Of a stretch of DNA of 64,000 nucleotides, positions 37,473 to 50,734 are shown in pieces. Below the pieces are notes generated by a model. That model was given only the letters and a program-made list of their open reading frames with translations. It searched no databases and was not told the origin of the DNA. Position 1 is the stretch's first letter. Every line of letters begins with the position of its first letter. Both the position numbers and the translations under genes were made by a program. Source of the DNA: an uncultured Acidobacteriota bacterium (lineage in GTDB: Bacteria > Acidobacteriota > Vicinamibacteria > Vicinamibacterales > SCN-69-37); contig CAWADF010000002.1 of NCBI GenBank assembly GCA_963780855.1, forward strand, positions 207,100 through 271,099, written 5' to 3'.

Positions 37473-39048
37473 ATGCGCATCGCGGCCATCGACATCGGCA
37501 CCAACTCGGTCCACATGATCGTGTGCCGGATTCGGCCGGATCTGTCGTTCGAGGTCATCGACCGCGAAAAGGACATGGTCCGGCTGGGCGCCGGCGGCCT
37601 CGACGGCCGGAATCTGCGCCGACTCGAACATCACCGCGGCCCTCCAGACGCTGGCCAAGTTCCGGCGGCTGGCGGAGTCCCACGGCGTCGACGAGATCAT
37701 CGCCGCCGCGACGAGCGCCGTCCGCGAGGCCGAAAACGGCGGCGATTTCATCGCAGCCGTGCCGCCGCGATGGGCATCCGCGTCCGCGTCATTTCCGGCA
37801 CCGAGGAGGCCCGCCTGATTCACCTGGCGGCGGCCTACGCCGTCGGCGTCGGCCGCCGGGCGGTCGTCGTCATCGACATCGGCGGCGGCAGCACGGAGAT
37901 CACGCTCGGCACGGCATCGCGCGTCGAGCTCGGACGCAGCTTCAAGCTCGGCGTCATCCGCCTGACCGAGCGGTTCGTGCAGATCCGATCCGCTGATCGG
38001 CCGCGACGAGCGCAAGCTCGTCCAGCATCATACGCGCGAGACGCGCGGCTACCTCGCGACAGATTCGCGAAGCGCGGCTTCGAGCGCGTCATCGGCACGT
38101 CGGGCACGATCCTCGTCGCTCGGCGCGCTCGCCGGCGCGGCGCCAAGCGGCCGCCGGGCGAGGTGCGGCAACCGGCGCGTCAGCGCCAAGGCGATCCACG
38201 CGTCTGCGCCGGCCGCCTGACCTCGATGACGCTCGACGAGCGGCTGCAGCTGCCGGGCCTCGATCCGCGCCGCGCCGATCTCGCCGTCGCCGGCGGCGTC
38301 CTGCTCGACACGCTGCTCGGCGGCTGCGGCGCCGACGAGATCACGCTCTGCGACTTCGCGCTGCGCGAGGGACTCGTCCTCGACTACATCCAGAGCAACG
38401 CGCGCACATCCGGACAGGTCGATCGCTATCCCGACGTCCGGCGGCGCAGCGTCGTCGAGCTCGGCCGAGCGGTGCAGCTACTGGCCGGCGCACGCGCAGC
38501 AGGTCGCGCGGCTGGCGCTGGCCCTCTTCGACGAGACGCGCGGCGAGCACGGCCTGGGCGACCGCGAGCGCGAGTGGCTCGAGTACGCCGCGCTCCTGCA
38601 CGACATCGGCGTGCACATCAGCTACGAGCGGCACCACAAGCATTCGTACTACCTGATCAAGAACGGCGACCTGCGCGGCTTCGAGCCGGACGAGGTCGAG
38701 ATCATCGCGCTCGTCGCGCGCTATCACCGGCAGGCGACGCCCAAGAAGGACGCACGACGGCTTCGGCGACGCTGCCGCGGCGGCGCGGCGCACCGTCCGG
38801 ATGCTCGCCGCCATCGCTGCGGCTGGCCGAGGGCCTCGACCGCAGCCACGCGCAGGCGGTCGCAGGCGTCGACCGTGTGCCACGACAGACGGCGCGACTG
38901 CGTCGTCCGGCTGCGGCCGGCCGGCGACGCCGAACTGGAGCTGTGGGCCGCGCACCGCCACGCGGCGCCGCTCGCAGCGCTGCTCGACCGCCGCATCCGC
39001 TTCGAAGCTGCGCCGGCGCCCAAGCGGCGCCGAAGGACCCGACTGCCC
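37473..39048 (+). CDS. ppx: Exopolyphosphatase / pppGpp phosphohydrolase (Ppx/GppA) with HD domain, heavily frameshifted; 3' end approximate
   Basis: MRIAAIDIGTNSVHMIV, ISGTEEARLIHLAA, VVIDIGGGSTEITL, ERVIGTSGTI, LPGLDPRRADLAVAG and HD part LLHDIGVHISYERHHKHSYYLIKNGDLRGF, found in alternating frames. No stop is visible in any frame before the next start. Confidence 0.8.
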
Positions 39049-39745
39049 ATGCTCAACAACCTCGACCACGCCGCACGAGTATCCGGGCAAGCTGTTCGTC
39101 GTCGAAGGCATCGACGGCTCGGGCAAGACGACGCAGCTCGGCGCTGCTGGCCAAGTGGCTGAGCGCCGACCGGCCATCGGGTGTTCGTCACCGAATGGAA
39201 CTCGTCGGCGCTCGTCAAGGCGGCCACCAAGACCGGCAAGAAGAAGAACGCGCTGACGCCGATGACGTTCAGCCTGCTGCACGCGACGGACTTCGCCGAC
39301 CGGCTGCTCTACAAGATCATTCCGCCGCTCAAGGCCGGCATGATCGTGCTGGCCGATCGCTACGCCTACACGGCGTTCGCGCGCGACGCGCGCGCGGCGT
39401 CGACCGGCAGTGGGTGCGCGAGCTGTACAGCTTCGCCGTGCAGCCCGATCTGGCGGTCTACTTCCGCGTGCCGATCGACGTCTCGCTCGACCGGCTGCTG
39501 GCGCGGCGCGTGAAGCTGAAGTTCTACGAGGCGGGCATGGACATGGGCTGGAGCGCCGAACCCGATCGAGAGCTTCCGGCTGTTTCAGGGCAAGGTGCTC
39601 GACGAGTACGACCAGCTCGTGCGACGGAGTTCGGCCTGGAGCGTGATCGACGCGGCCGGCAGCATCACCGACCAGCAGCGGCGTGTTCCGCCAGCTGGTG
39701 TCCGCAGCATCTGGAGACCGACAGCACTGGAGCACGAGCGCATGA
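39049..39745 (+). CDS. Thymidylate-kinase-family P-loop protein, paralog 1, frameshifted
   Basis: GAAGGA RBS. MLNNLDH..PHEYPGKLFVVEGIDGSGKTTQL, VFVTEWNSSALVKAATKTGKK, LLHATDFADRL, IVLADRYAYTAFARD, PDLAVYFRVPIDVSLDRL, KFYEAGMDMG. The stop overlaps the next ATG (ATGA). Confidence 0.6.
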
Positions 39746-40543
39746 CGACCGCAGACGAGCCACGGGCGCTCACGGCGGCGTGCACGCCCGGGCCACTACT
39801 ACGGCCACGGCATCCCGTACCTGCCGATCGACAGCTATCCCGGGCAAGCTCATCGCCATCGAGGGCACCGACGGCGTCGGCCGCTCGCACGCAGATCCAG
39901 CTGCTGCGCGAATGGCTCGAAGTGCAGGGCTACGGCGTGGTCGAGACCGGCTGGACGCGCTCGCCGCTGATGCAGCCGACGATCGAGCTGGCCAAGTCGA
40001 GCAACACGCTCAACAAGCTGACGTTCGTGCTGCTGTACGCGTACCGACTTCGCCGACCGGCTCGAGAAGGAGATCATCCCGGCGCTCAAGGCCGGCTTCA
40101 TCGTGCTGGCCGATCGCTACATCTTCACGGCGCTCGCGCGCGCCGGCGTCCGCGGCGTCGACCGCGCAGTGGATCCGCAGCCTGTACGGCTTCGCGATCG
40201 CGCCGCACCTGGTCTTCTACCTGAAGATCGACGCGAAGACGCTCATCGCGCCGCGTGCTCGAGGCGCGCGGCATGGACTACTGGGAATCGGGCATGGACA
40301 TGAAGCCGGCGACGACATCTACGACAGCTTCCGCAGCCTACCAGCGGCAGCTGCTGAAGGAGTACGCGTCGATGGCCGACGAGTTCGGCTTCCGCGTCCT
40401 CGACGGGCGGCGGTCGGTCGAACGCGATCCAGGACGAGCTGCGCAGGCAGGTCGGCGAGTTCCTCGACCGGGTCGAACGAGCCCGCGGTACGCCGAGTCT
40501 CGATGCCGGGACCGCAGCCGTTACACGGAATTTACACGGCTGA
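39742..40543 (+). CDS. Thymidylate-kinase-family P-loop protein, paralog 2, frameshifted; 3' end approximate
   Basis: [115 protein letters not shown]. Confidence 0.6.
40521..40542 (+). promoter_or_regulatory. Pho-box-like direct repeat TTACACGGAAT-TTACACGGCTG (11-bp phasing) upstream of pstB
   Basis: Two TTACACGG units exactly 11 bp apart, 42-63 nt upstream of the pstB ATG at 40584. Confidence 0.45.
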
Positions 40544-40555
40544 AACCGGCCGTGA

Positions 40556-41432
<877 letters not shown>

Positions 41433-41433
<1 letters not shown>

Positions 41434-42164
41434 TGGCACGATCGACCGAACGCGACGTTCCGCATTTCCAGGAGGAGCTCGAACAGCTCAAGGCGCGGCT
41501 GCTCGAGATGGGCGGCCTGGCCGAGGAGCGCGTGCGCCTCGGCGGTGCGAGCGCTCGTCGAGCGCGACCGCGGCGCTGGTCGAGCGCGTGCTCGCGCGGC
41601 GACGGCGCCGATCAACCAGCTGCACATCGAGATCGACAACCGCTGCTTCAAGCTGCTGGCGCTGCACCAGCCGATGGCGGTGGACCTGCGCGCCATCGTC
41701 TCGGCGGTGAAGATCAACACCGACCTCGAGCGCGTCGGCGACCTCGCCGTCAACATCGCCGAGGCGGCGCGGCGCTACCTGCAGCACCCGCCGGTCAAGA
41801 AGCTGATCGACATCCCGCGGATGGCGGACATCGCGCAGGACATGCTGCGCGACGCGCTCGACGCCTTCGTCCGCCGCGACACCGAGCTCGCCCAGCACGT
41901 GCTGAACGAGGACGACGAGCTCGACGCGCTGAAGACGCAGATCTTCCGCGAGCTGCTCGACCTACATGCTGCAGGACCCGGCCACGATCGAGCCGGCGCT
42001 CGACCTGATCCTGGTCTCGCGCCACCTCGAGCGGATCGGCGACCACGCCACCAACATCGCCGAGGACGTCATCTTCATGGTCTCGGCCAAGGACGTCCGC
42101 CACCACGCCGGCCGAAGGTCGGCAGCCTCGCACCGCGTCGTCCGGTTGGCCGTCCGGTGCCTGA
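41433..42164 (+). CDS. phoU: Phosphate signalling complex protein PhoU, frameshifted; 3' end approximate
   Basis: The ATG overlaps the pst[50 protein letters not shown] and the second repeat [35 protein letters not shown]. Confidence 0.85.
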
Positions 42165-42182
42165 GGCCTATAGAATGGCCGG

Positions 42183-42369
42183 ATGCGAGCCGCGACGCTG
42201 TGCGTCGTATCTGCCGGCAGCGTCCGGCGGATCCGGCCTGGCGGCCGTTCTGCAGCGAGCGCTGCAAGCTGGCGGATCTGGCGCGCTGGCTGGCGGGCGA
42301 CTACCGGGTCCGGCCGCCGACGAGCCGCCGACGACCGACGACCTCGATGACGGGAGGCTGACGCCCTGA
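42183..42369 (+). CDS. yacG: DNA gyrase inhibitor YacG-like zinc-finger protein, frameshifted
   Basis: MRAATLCVVC..RQRPADPAWRPFCSERCKLADLARWLAGDYRV, i.e. the CxxC...PFCSxRC...DLxxW signature. TAGAAT -10-like hexamer about 8 nt upstream. Confidence 0.6.
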
Positions 42370-42379
42370 CGGCCACGCT

Positions 42380-43679
<1,300 letters not shown>

Positions 43680-43710
43680 ACGTCATAGGCCGACGCCCGA
43701 CGGAGGCACT

Positions 43711-44670
43711 GTGGTCGCGCGCGTCGGCTCCTGGCAGGCGCTCGTCGCCGCTCGCGGCCGGCGTCGGGCGCCCGCTCCGGCTCGGCGCGGCCGGCGCCCC
43801 GCAGGCTCCCGCCGTCGATCGCGGAGTCGCCGTTCGACGCGGCCGTGCGTGGGAGCACCTGCGCCAGATGGTCGCGATCGGCCCGCGGCCGGCCGGCTCG
43901 GCGGCCATCGAGCAGACGCGCGCCTACATCACGCGCCAGCTGTCGGCGCGCCGGCCTGACCGTCGAGGAGCAGCCGTTCACCGCCGAGACGCCGATCGGC
44001 CCGTCGACATGGTGAACCTGATCGTGACGCTCCCCGGCCGCCGGACCGGATCGCGATCTGCTCATCGCCGGCCACTACGACACGAAGCTCTTGCCGAATT
44101 CGCGTTCGTCGGCGCGAGCGACGGCGCGTCGAGCGCGGCGTTCCTCATCGAGCTGGCGCGCGTGCTCGAAGGCCCGGCCCCACGAATCCGACCTACGAGC
44201 TCGTCTGGTTCGACGGCGAGGAGGCCATCTGCCGGACTGGGACGATGCGGCACGCCGGACTCCCCGACAACCTACGGCAGCCGCCACTACGTGCAGGCCG
44301 CGCAGCAAGGCCAACGCGCTCGGCTCGATCAAGGCGCATGATCCTCGTCGACATGATCGGCGACCGCGACCTCAAGTCCGGCGCGAGACGGCAACTCGAC
44401 GCCGCTGGCTGACCGACATCGTCTGGGCCGCCGCCAGGCGCCTCGGCTACGCACGACGTTCCTCGATCGGACACCGACCGATCGAGGACGACCACCTGCC
44501 GTTCCTCGACGGCCGGCGTCCCGTCGGTCGACATCATCGATCTCGACTACCCGCAGTGGCACACCAGCCGCAGCGACGACCTGCGCACGTCTCGGCGCAG
44601 CAGCCTGCAGGTCGTCGGCGACGTCGTGCTCGCGGCGCTGCCGGACATCGAGCGACGCGTCTGGCGATAG
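43711..44670 (+). CDS. Secreted M28-family metallopeptidase (aminopeptidase / glutaminyl-cyclase-like), frameshifted
   Basis: GGAGG RBS plus [107 protein letters not shown]. Confidence 0.7.
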
Positions 44671-44698
44671 CGACGGCGCCGCGCCGTGGTCCGGCGCT

Positions 44699-45925
44699 TC
44701 AGCCTTCAGCCAGCTCCGAGCCTTCGATCTCGCCCTCGGTCAGCACCGCATCGGCGCTCTTGGCTTCCGCGAAGATCCGATCGACGCGCTCGTCGGTGGC
44801 CTCGAGGCCGCGGCGTCTCCAGCCAGAAGACGACGTTCGACTCGCCCGGACATCGGGCCGATGTCGATCGCCTGCTCGCGGCCGACCAGGCTGGCCGGCA
44901 CGCCGGAGTACACGGCGTCGACGAGCGCCGCGTCGCCCTTCTTGAACGCCTTGATGACGGCCGCGGCGTGCACGCCGGTCGCCGTGCGGAACGCGTCGCG
45001 CCCGACCACGGGATAGTTCGGCGGGATCGGCACGCCGCACGCCTCGCGACACGGCCGTCGCAGTACTCGCCGAGCGTCGTCAGGTCGCGCGTCGCGGCGT
45101 CCCATCAGCACGAGGTTGACGAGCAGCAGGTCCATCGGCGTGTTGCCGACGCGCTCGCCGATGCCGATCGCCGCGCCGTGCAGCCGCGTGGCGCCGGCCT
45201 CCATCGCCGCCAGGCTGTTGGCGACGCGCGAGGTCGCGGTCGCGGTGGCCGTGCCAGTCGATGCCGATGCCGCCGCCGCACTCGTCGACGACCGACTGCG
45301 ACGAAGCGCACGACCGCGCGCGCGCCCGGCCGGCGTCGCGTGGCCGACCGTGTCGGCGATGCACACGCGGCGTCGCGCCGGCGCGGATCGCCGTCGAGTA
45401 CAGCGCGCGCAGCGATTCCGGGATCGGCGCGCGTCGTGTCCTCGGTCACGTACATCACCGGCAGGCCTTCGCGCGACCGCGAACGTCACCGCCTCCTCGG
45501 TCAGCCGCTGCAGCTGGTCGAGCGTCCAGTCCTCGGCGTACTGGCGGATCGGACTCGATCCGATGAACGTGCAGCACTCGATCGGCAGGCCCGACGCGCT
45601 GCGCGATCTCGACGATCGGGCCTGATGTCGGCGATCACCGTGCGCGCCGCGCAGTTGGCGCGCGACGCGCAGCCGCGCGTCCGACGATCTCGCGCGCCAG
45701 CCGCTCGACGTCGCGCGACGACGTGCGGTCCGGCGCCGGGCAGGCCGATGTCGGCCGTGTCGATGCCGAGCGCGTCGATGAGGTGCAGGATGCGGATCTT
45801 CTCGTCGATCGTCGGCGTGCGCACCGACGGCGACTGCAGCCCGTCGCGCAGCGTCTCGTCGTCGAGCAGGCACCGGCCGGCGGCCGGGCGGCCGACGGGT
45901 TCCAGTCGTAGATCAGCGGATGCAT
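44699..45925 (-). CDS. HMGL-like 2-isopropylmalate/homocitrate-synthase family protein, frameshifted
   Basis: LLDDETLRDGLQSPSV, IDALGIDTADIGLPGAG, IADTVGHATP, IGIDWHGHRDRDLAVANSLAAMEAGATRLHG, GIGERVGNTPMDLLLVNL, FRTATGVHAAAVIKA. Confidence 0.75.
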
Positions 45926-46208
45926 GGTCGCCTCGATCCGGCGGTGCCGTCGGACGTCGCGCCGTGCGCTGCGAGCACGATCGTCGCACGCCGCGCGATG
46001 ACGACGACCGCCCAGATCGACGCGGCGACGATGCCGTCGTGCGTCGCGTCGCCATGACGTCGGCCATCGACGCGCGGCCCGAGCCCGAGATCGGCTTCGG
46101 CCGCTTCTGCCGTACTCCCGCGCGCCGCGCGAGACGTAGAGATCGAAGAAGCCGTTCCAGACGGCGACGCCGACGACCAGCCAGAGCGCGCCAGCGCGCG
46201 GCCGCACG

Positions 46209-47845
46209 TCAGGCGCCCGGCCCAGGTAGCGGAGCACCATCACCGTGATGTCGTCGCTCTGCGGCGCGCCGCGGTGAACGCGCGCACGGCGGCGACGACG
46301 CGCTCGACAGCGCCGCGGGCGATCGCCGACGGCATCGACGCCGCCTGCAGCCGCGTCGTCGCCGAACTCCTCGCCGGCCGCTGTTGAGCGCCTCCGACAC
46401 GCCGTCGCTGAAGATCACGACGGTGTCGCCCGGCGTCGAGCTGCACGGTCTCCTGCTCGTACGGCGCGAACTCGAGCAGGCCGACGACGGGCCCGCCCGG
46501 CCTCGAGCCGCCGCACGCCGCGACTTGCCGACGACGAGCGGCGGATTGTGGCCGGCGTTGCAGTAGGTCAGCGCGCCGTCGCGCCGAGACGATGCCGAAC
46601 ATCAGCGTGACGAAGCGCGACTCGATGCCCGCGGCGGCACAGCGCCTTGTTCATGTTGCGTCGACGGCCGTCGGCCGGGCCGTCGGCGTAGCTGCGCCTG
46701 CGCCGCGAACATGCCCTGCATCAGCGCGCTCAGCAGCGCGGCCGGCGGTCCCTTGCCGGCGACGTCGCCCGAGCGTGAAGCCGAACGACCGCCCGGGCTG
46801 GTCGACGTAGTCGAAGAAGTCGCCGCCGATCGACCGGCACGGGAAGCTGGCCGCGGCGGCCTCGACGAACGCCGAGGCTCGCGACGCGGCTTCGGCAGCA
46901 GCGCCTGCTGGATCTCGGCGGCGATCCGCATCTCCTGCTCCATCTGCGCCTTCTCGAGCGTCTCGCGGTAGAGCCGCGCGTTCTCGATGGCGACCGCGGC
47001 CTCGGCGGCCAGCGTCTCGAGCGCCGAGCGCGTCGCGCTCGAGAGCAGGCTGCCCCTCTCGCGGCTGTCGAGATACAGCACGCCGATGCGGCGGTCCTCG
47101 CCGCGCGCGTCGGCCGACTCGACGTACTGCACGAAGTTGCAGCGGCACGCAGAGGACGTGGCGGATGCCGAGCGCGACGGTGCCCATGTGCACGTCGGCG
47201 AAGGTCGCCGTCGAGCAGGTCCGCCACGACCTCGCGTCTGCCCGGTCCGGAACACCTCCTCGGGAATCTTGCGGCTCGTCGCGAAGGTCGCTGTCCGTCA
47301 GCGTCTGCTTGTCGCGGCCGCGCGCCAGCTTGAACTCGAGCTCGCTCGTCCGGCGTCGCCAGCATGATGAACCCGCGCTCGGCGCCGGACACCTCGATGC
47401 GCCGCGTCGAGCACCAGCGCCAGCACTTCCTCCAGCACGCGGCCCGATCCGAGCGCGCGGAAGCCCTCGAGCAGCGCCGTGATCTGGCGCAGGTCGTCGC
47501 GCGCGCCGGTCGACGATCGGCCGCTGACGCGACGCGGTCGTCGTCGCCGGTCAGGAAGACGAGATCGGCGCCGCCGCCGCGGCCGAGCCGGATGCGGTCG
47601 CCCGGACGGAGCTCGCATTCGGTGACCGGCTCGCCGTTGACGAACGTGCCGTAGCGCGACTCGCGGTCGCGCAGGACGTACGCGGCCGTTGTCCGAGGAC
47701 GATCTCGGCGTGCTCGCGCGACACCTCGCTGCCGCCGAGCCGCAGGTCGTTGGTCTCGCGGCGGCCGATGGTGAACGGGAAGCCGATCGAGCGGTCACGA
47801 CGCGCTCGCCGAGCACGTCGCGCACTTCCAGCCGGGCACCGCCAT
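46209..47845 (-). CDS. FHA-GAF-PP2C (SpoIIE/RsbU-type) serine/threonine phosphatase, heavily frameshifted
   Basis: FHA: FPFTIGRRETNDLRLGGSEVSREHAEIV..YGTFVNGEPV. GAF: LEEVLALVLDAA..GFIMLA..IGVLYLDSRE..LAAEAAVAIENARLY. PP2C: AAEIQQALLP, SIGGDFFDYV, FTLGDVAGKGPPAALL, VVIFSDGVSEA, SDDITVMVLRY. Confidence 0.75.
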
Positions 47846-47856
47846 GTCAGCCGTCA

Positions 47857-48160
47857 GTCTACACGAAGCCCGCCGGTGCGGCAGGTCGAGCCGCGGCCAG
47901 CGCGGATCGACAGCGCCGACACGAGCGGTGGCCGCCAGCCCGCCGACGACGCCTCGATGAACGCGCGATGCTCAGGCCGCACGCCGACCAGGCGACGACC
48001 GCCGCCAGTGAGCGCGGTCGACGGTCGCCGCGGCCAGCGCCCGGGCGCCGTCGCCGCGCGGCGTCGGCTCGGCGCGACCGGCTCGGCCGTCGGCGTCGCC
48101 GCACCGGTAGCAGACGATGGCCTTGTCGGCGATCTCGCGTCCGCACGACCGGCACTTCAC
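47857..48160 (-). CDS. Small zinc-ribbon protein with hydrophobic tail, frameshifted; ends approximate
   Basis: AAGGGAG RBS. GTG-KCRSCGREIADKAIVCYRCG (CxxC-N11-CxxC), followed by a hydrophobic stretch in another frame. Confidence 0.4.
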
Positions 48161-48218
48161 CCGACAGCGCGACGCTCCCTTATACTGACGGGCTGGCGTA
48201 CGCGTCGATCGCCGCCCG

Positions 48219-48891
48219 ATGATTCCGCTTCGAGACGTCATCCCGTCGCGCACGACGCCCTGGGTCACGCTGCGTGCTCATCGCCGTCAACGTCGCCGTC
48301 TTTGTCTACGAACTGGTCCTGCCCGCCGCGCGCGCTGCCGCGCTTCTTCTACGCGCACGGCCTGGTCCCGCGCCCGTTTACCTGGGCCACGGCGGTCACC
48401 TCGATGTTCCTGCACGGCGGCTGGCTGCACATCGGCGGCAACATGCTGAGCGCTCTGGATCTTCGGCGACAACGTCGAGGATCGGATGGGCCACGTGCGC
48501 TTCCTGGTCTTCTACCTGCTCGGCGGCCTGATCGCCGCGCTCAGCGCAGACGCTGGGCCGACGCCGGCTCGACCGCTGCCGGTCGTCGGCGCCAGCGGCG
48601 CGATCGCCGGCGTCATGGGCGCGTATCTCGTGCTCTTCCCGCGTCGCGGGTGCTGGTGCTCGATCTTCCTGTTCTTCTTCGTCGACGTCGTCGAGATGCC
48701 GGCGGTGTTCTTCCTCGGCTTCTGGTTCCTGATGCAGATCGTCGGCGGCGTCGGCCGCTCGGCAACGCGACGGCGGCAGGCGTCGGCGTTCTGGGCGCAC
48801 GCCGGCGGCTTTCTGTCCGGGCATTGCCGGCGTCTGGCTGTTCAAGCGCCGCGAGCGCCAGCGCGTGGACTGGTGGAGCCAGGGAAGTTGA
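48219..48891 (+). CDS. Rhomboid-family intramembrane serine protease, frameshifted
   Basis: MIPLRDVIPSRTTPWVT, MFLHGGWLHIGGNML, catalytic Ser context VVGASGAIAGVMGAY, FWAHAGGFLSG (catalytic His). TATACT -10 at 48181-48186. Confidence 0.8.
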
Positions 48892-49070
48892 AGAGGTGAG
48901 AAGTGAAGAGAGCCAGAAGTGCGAAGTCAAAGCTGTCGCGCAGCGCCCGGACCCGCAGATCCATCGAGGTAGGCTCGCATCGGCCTCCTCCTCGCGCCGG
49001 AGAAGACCTACTTGAACAACGCCTTAGAACTTCCAACTTCGAACTTCTGGCTTCTCACTTCTCTTCTCCC
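48882..49070. repeat. Imperfect palindrome of GAAGTTC/GAGAAGT words (same subfamily as 16720-16836) with an IS630 fragment in its centre
   Basis: Left arm GGGAAGTTGAAGAGGTGAGAAGTGAAGAGAGCCAGAAGTGCGAAGTC. Right arm GAACTTCCAACTTCGAACTTCTGGCTTCTCACTTCTCTTCTCC. The right arm contains the reverse complement of the 21-mer GAAGTTCGAAGTTGGAAGTTC also present at 16721-16741. Confidence 0.7.
48929..49026 (-). mobile_element. Remnant (about 95 bp) of a second, diverged IS630 copy: terminal repeat plus the first about 13 codons of the transposase
   Basis: The reverse complement TAAGGCGTTGTTCAAGTAGGTC....ATGCGAGCCTACCTCGATGGATCTGCGGGTCCGGGCGCTGCGCGACAGC aligns with the tnp-proximal end of the intact copy (TAAAGCGTTTTTCAGATAGGTC....ATGCGAGCGTATTCGATGGATCTGCGCGTGCGGGCGCTTCGCGATAGT). 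Confidence 0.65.
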
Positions 49071-50055
49071 CCCTTGCGCCTCACATCACGCGAGACGACC
49101 GAGAGCTCGATGATGAGCTTTTCGAACTCCGCGTCGATACGCTTCGGCGGCGTCATCGAGGGACGCCGGCGCCGGAGGTCGTCCACCTGCTCGGTGAGCG
49201 CGCGCTGGCGCTCGAGGAGCTGCTGCATGCCGGGGTCGCTCGACGTCGCGCGACCGCGGCGTCCAGATACGTCAGGCGCGGCGACCGTGCCGGCGCCGCC
49301 GTCAACCGGCTTGTCGTGGGGCGCGCCGTCGCCGGTGTCGTCGAAGACCGCGTGTTCGGTGGCGATCCGCCGCGACTGCTCGTAGGACTGTTCGACGAGG
49401 TCGCGACGCGTAGACGAACGCCTCCGAGCAGCGAGACCCGGCCGTTCTTGTCCGTGGTCGGCGGCCGCCGCCGACAACGCCTGGATGAACGCGTCGGCGA
49501 ACACGGTGTGGTAGTGCTGCGCGAGCGTGCTCGTGGCCGTGATGATCACGCGGCCCGGCGCCGCCAGCCCGTCAGGAACGGAAAGCTCGCGCTGGTCGCG
49601 TCCACGAACGCCAGATGCCCGGCCACCGGCTTGAGCAGGTCGTTCCACTCCGACACGCTCAGATCGGGGCCGACGAGGTTGAACTTCGCGTCCGTCGCCG
49701 TCACCGCCGCCGTGTCCAATCAGCATCACGAAGAGCGAGGTCGTCCGGCTTGGTTGCTTTGGCGAACGTCGCCGAGCGCCGCCTTGACGCCCTCGGCGGT
49801 GGATTTCTCCTCGCCCGCGCTCGGGGTCTCCGCCAGCACGACCAAATGCGCGGCGTCGAAGCCGAACTTGGTCTTGAGCAGCGTCGACCAGCGCGTCGAG
49901 CCACTGGCGATGCAGCGTCGCGTAACTCGTCGTCGCCCGACACGCCTTCGACGACCAGCGCGTACCGCTGGCCGGCTGCTGAGCGAGCGCGGGTGCGACT
50001 CGCGACGGCGCGGCTGACCGCGGCCACGACCGCCGCGGCAGAGACCGCCCGCCAT
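49055..50055 (-). CDS. Secreted peptidase C13 (legumain/caspase-fold)-like protein, frameshifted
   Basis: Signal AVSAAAVVAAVS. QRYALVVEGVSGDDEY, DLLFVMLIGHGGGDG (His-Gly dyad context), GRVIITATSTLAQ, TDKNGRVSLLE-like segment, then a long charged C-terminal helix. The catalytic Cys could not be placed because of the frameshifts. Confidence 0.5.
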
Positions 50056-50089
50056 CGCGCGGCGCGCAGCTGTGCGGGTCCAGGAGGCG

Positions 50090-50733
50090 CGGGTCACGTC
50101 GACCCTGCCCAGCGCGGCAAGCAGCAGATCCTGCGCGCGCGCGAACGTCGGCGCCTCCTTCAGCGCGAGCGAGCGCCTGCCGCTTGGCCTCGTCGCTGCC
50201 GGCCGAGCTTCAGTAGAGCCTCGGCGACATCGGCGTGCGCGTCGGCCGCGGTTGGCCGGTCCGAGTCGCCAGCGCCGCCTGGAATTCGACGAGCGCGGGC
50301 GCATTCGCTGCCTTCGCGAGCAGCCGCTTGCCGAGCGCGCCGTGCGTCTGCGGCATCGAACGGGTCCAGATCGGCCACCAGCCGCAGCGCGAAGTCCTCG
50401 TCGTCGGTCGCCTGGCCTCGGCGGCCAGCTTCGCCAGCTCGCGCGCCGCGTCGACATTGGCGTGGTCGTACGTCGAGCAGCGCGCGCAGCTCGCTGCGCG
50501 CGCCTGTGTCCGGTCGTTCGGCTTTGATGGCAATTTCGGCGAGCAGCGCGTGCGGACTGCCGTCGCCGGTCGCCATCGGCGCGAGCGCCGCGGCGCGTTC
50601 GAGCGGCGCCTGCGGCGCCGGCGAGGTCGCCGGCCTTGAACAGCGCCTGGCCGTAGCGCCAGCTGGCTGACGAAGTTGCCGGGCGCGGCCTGGCGCGCGC
50701 GGCGCGAAGACCGGCGAGGTCGTCTGGGGCCAC
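50090..50733 (-). CDS. TPR-repeat protein (or C-terminal TPR extension of the upstream peptidase), frameshifted; 3' end approximate
   Basis: GTG lies 1 nt after the upstream TGA. YGQALFKAGDLAGA, HALLAEIAIKAERPD, DAARELAKLAAEA, ALGKRLLAKA, ADVAEALLKLGR, TFARAQDLLLAALG. Confidence 0.4.
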
Positions 50734-50734
50734 C

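Noticed and set aside
45935-46195. A possible small two-TM protein (..ALWLVVGVAVWNGFFDLYV.. / ..GIVAASIWAVVVIA..) between the PP2C and LeuA-like genes.
   Set aside because: The frames cannot be joined confidently in this frameshift-dense stretch, and no family was recognised.
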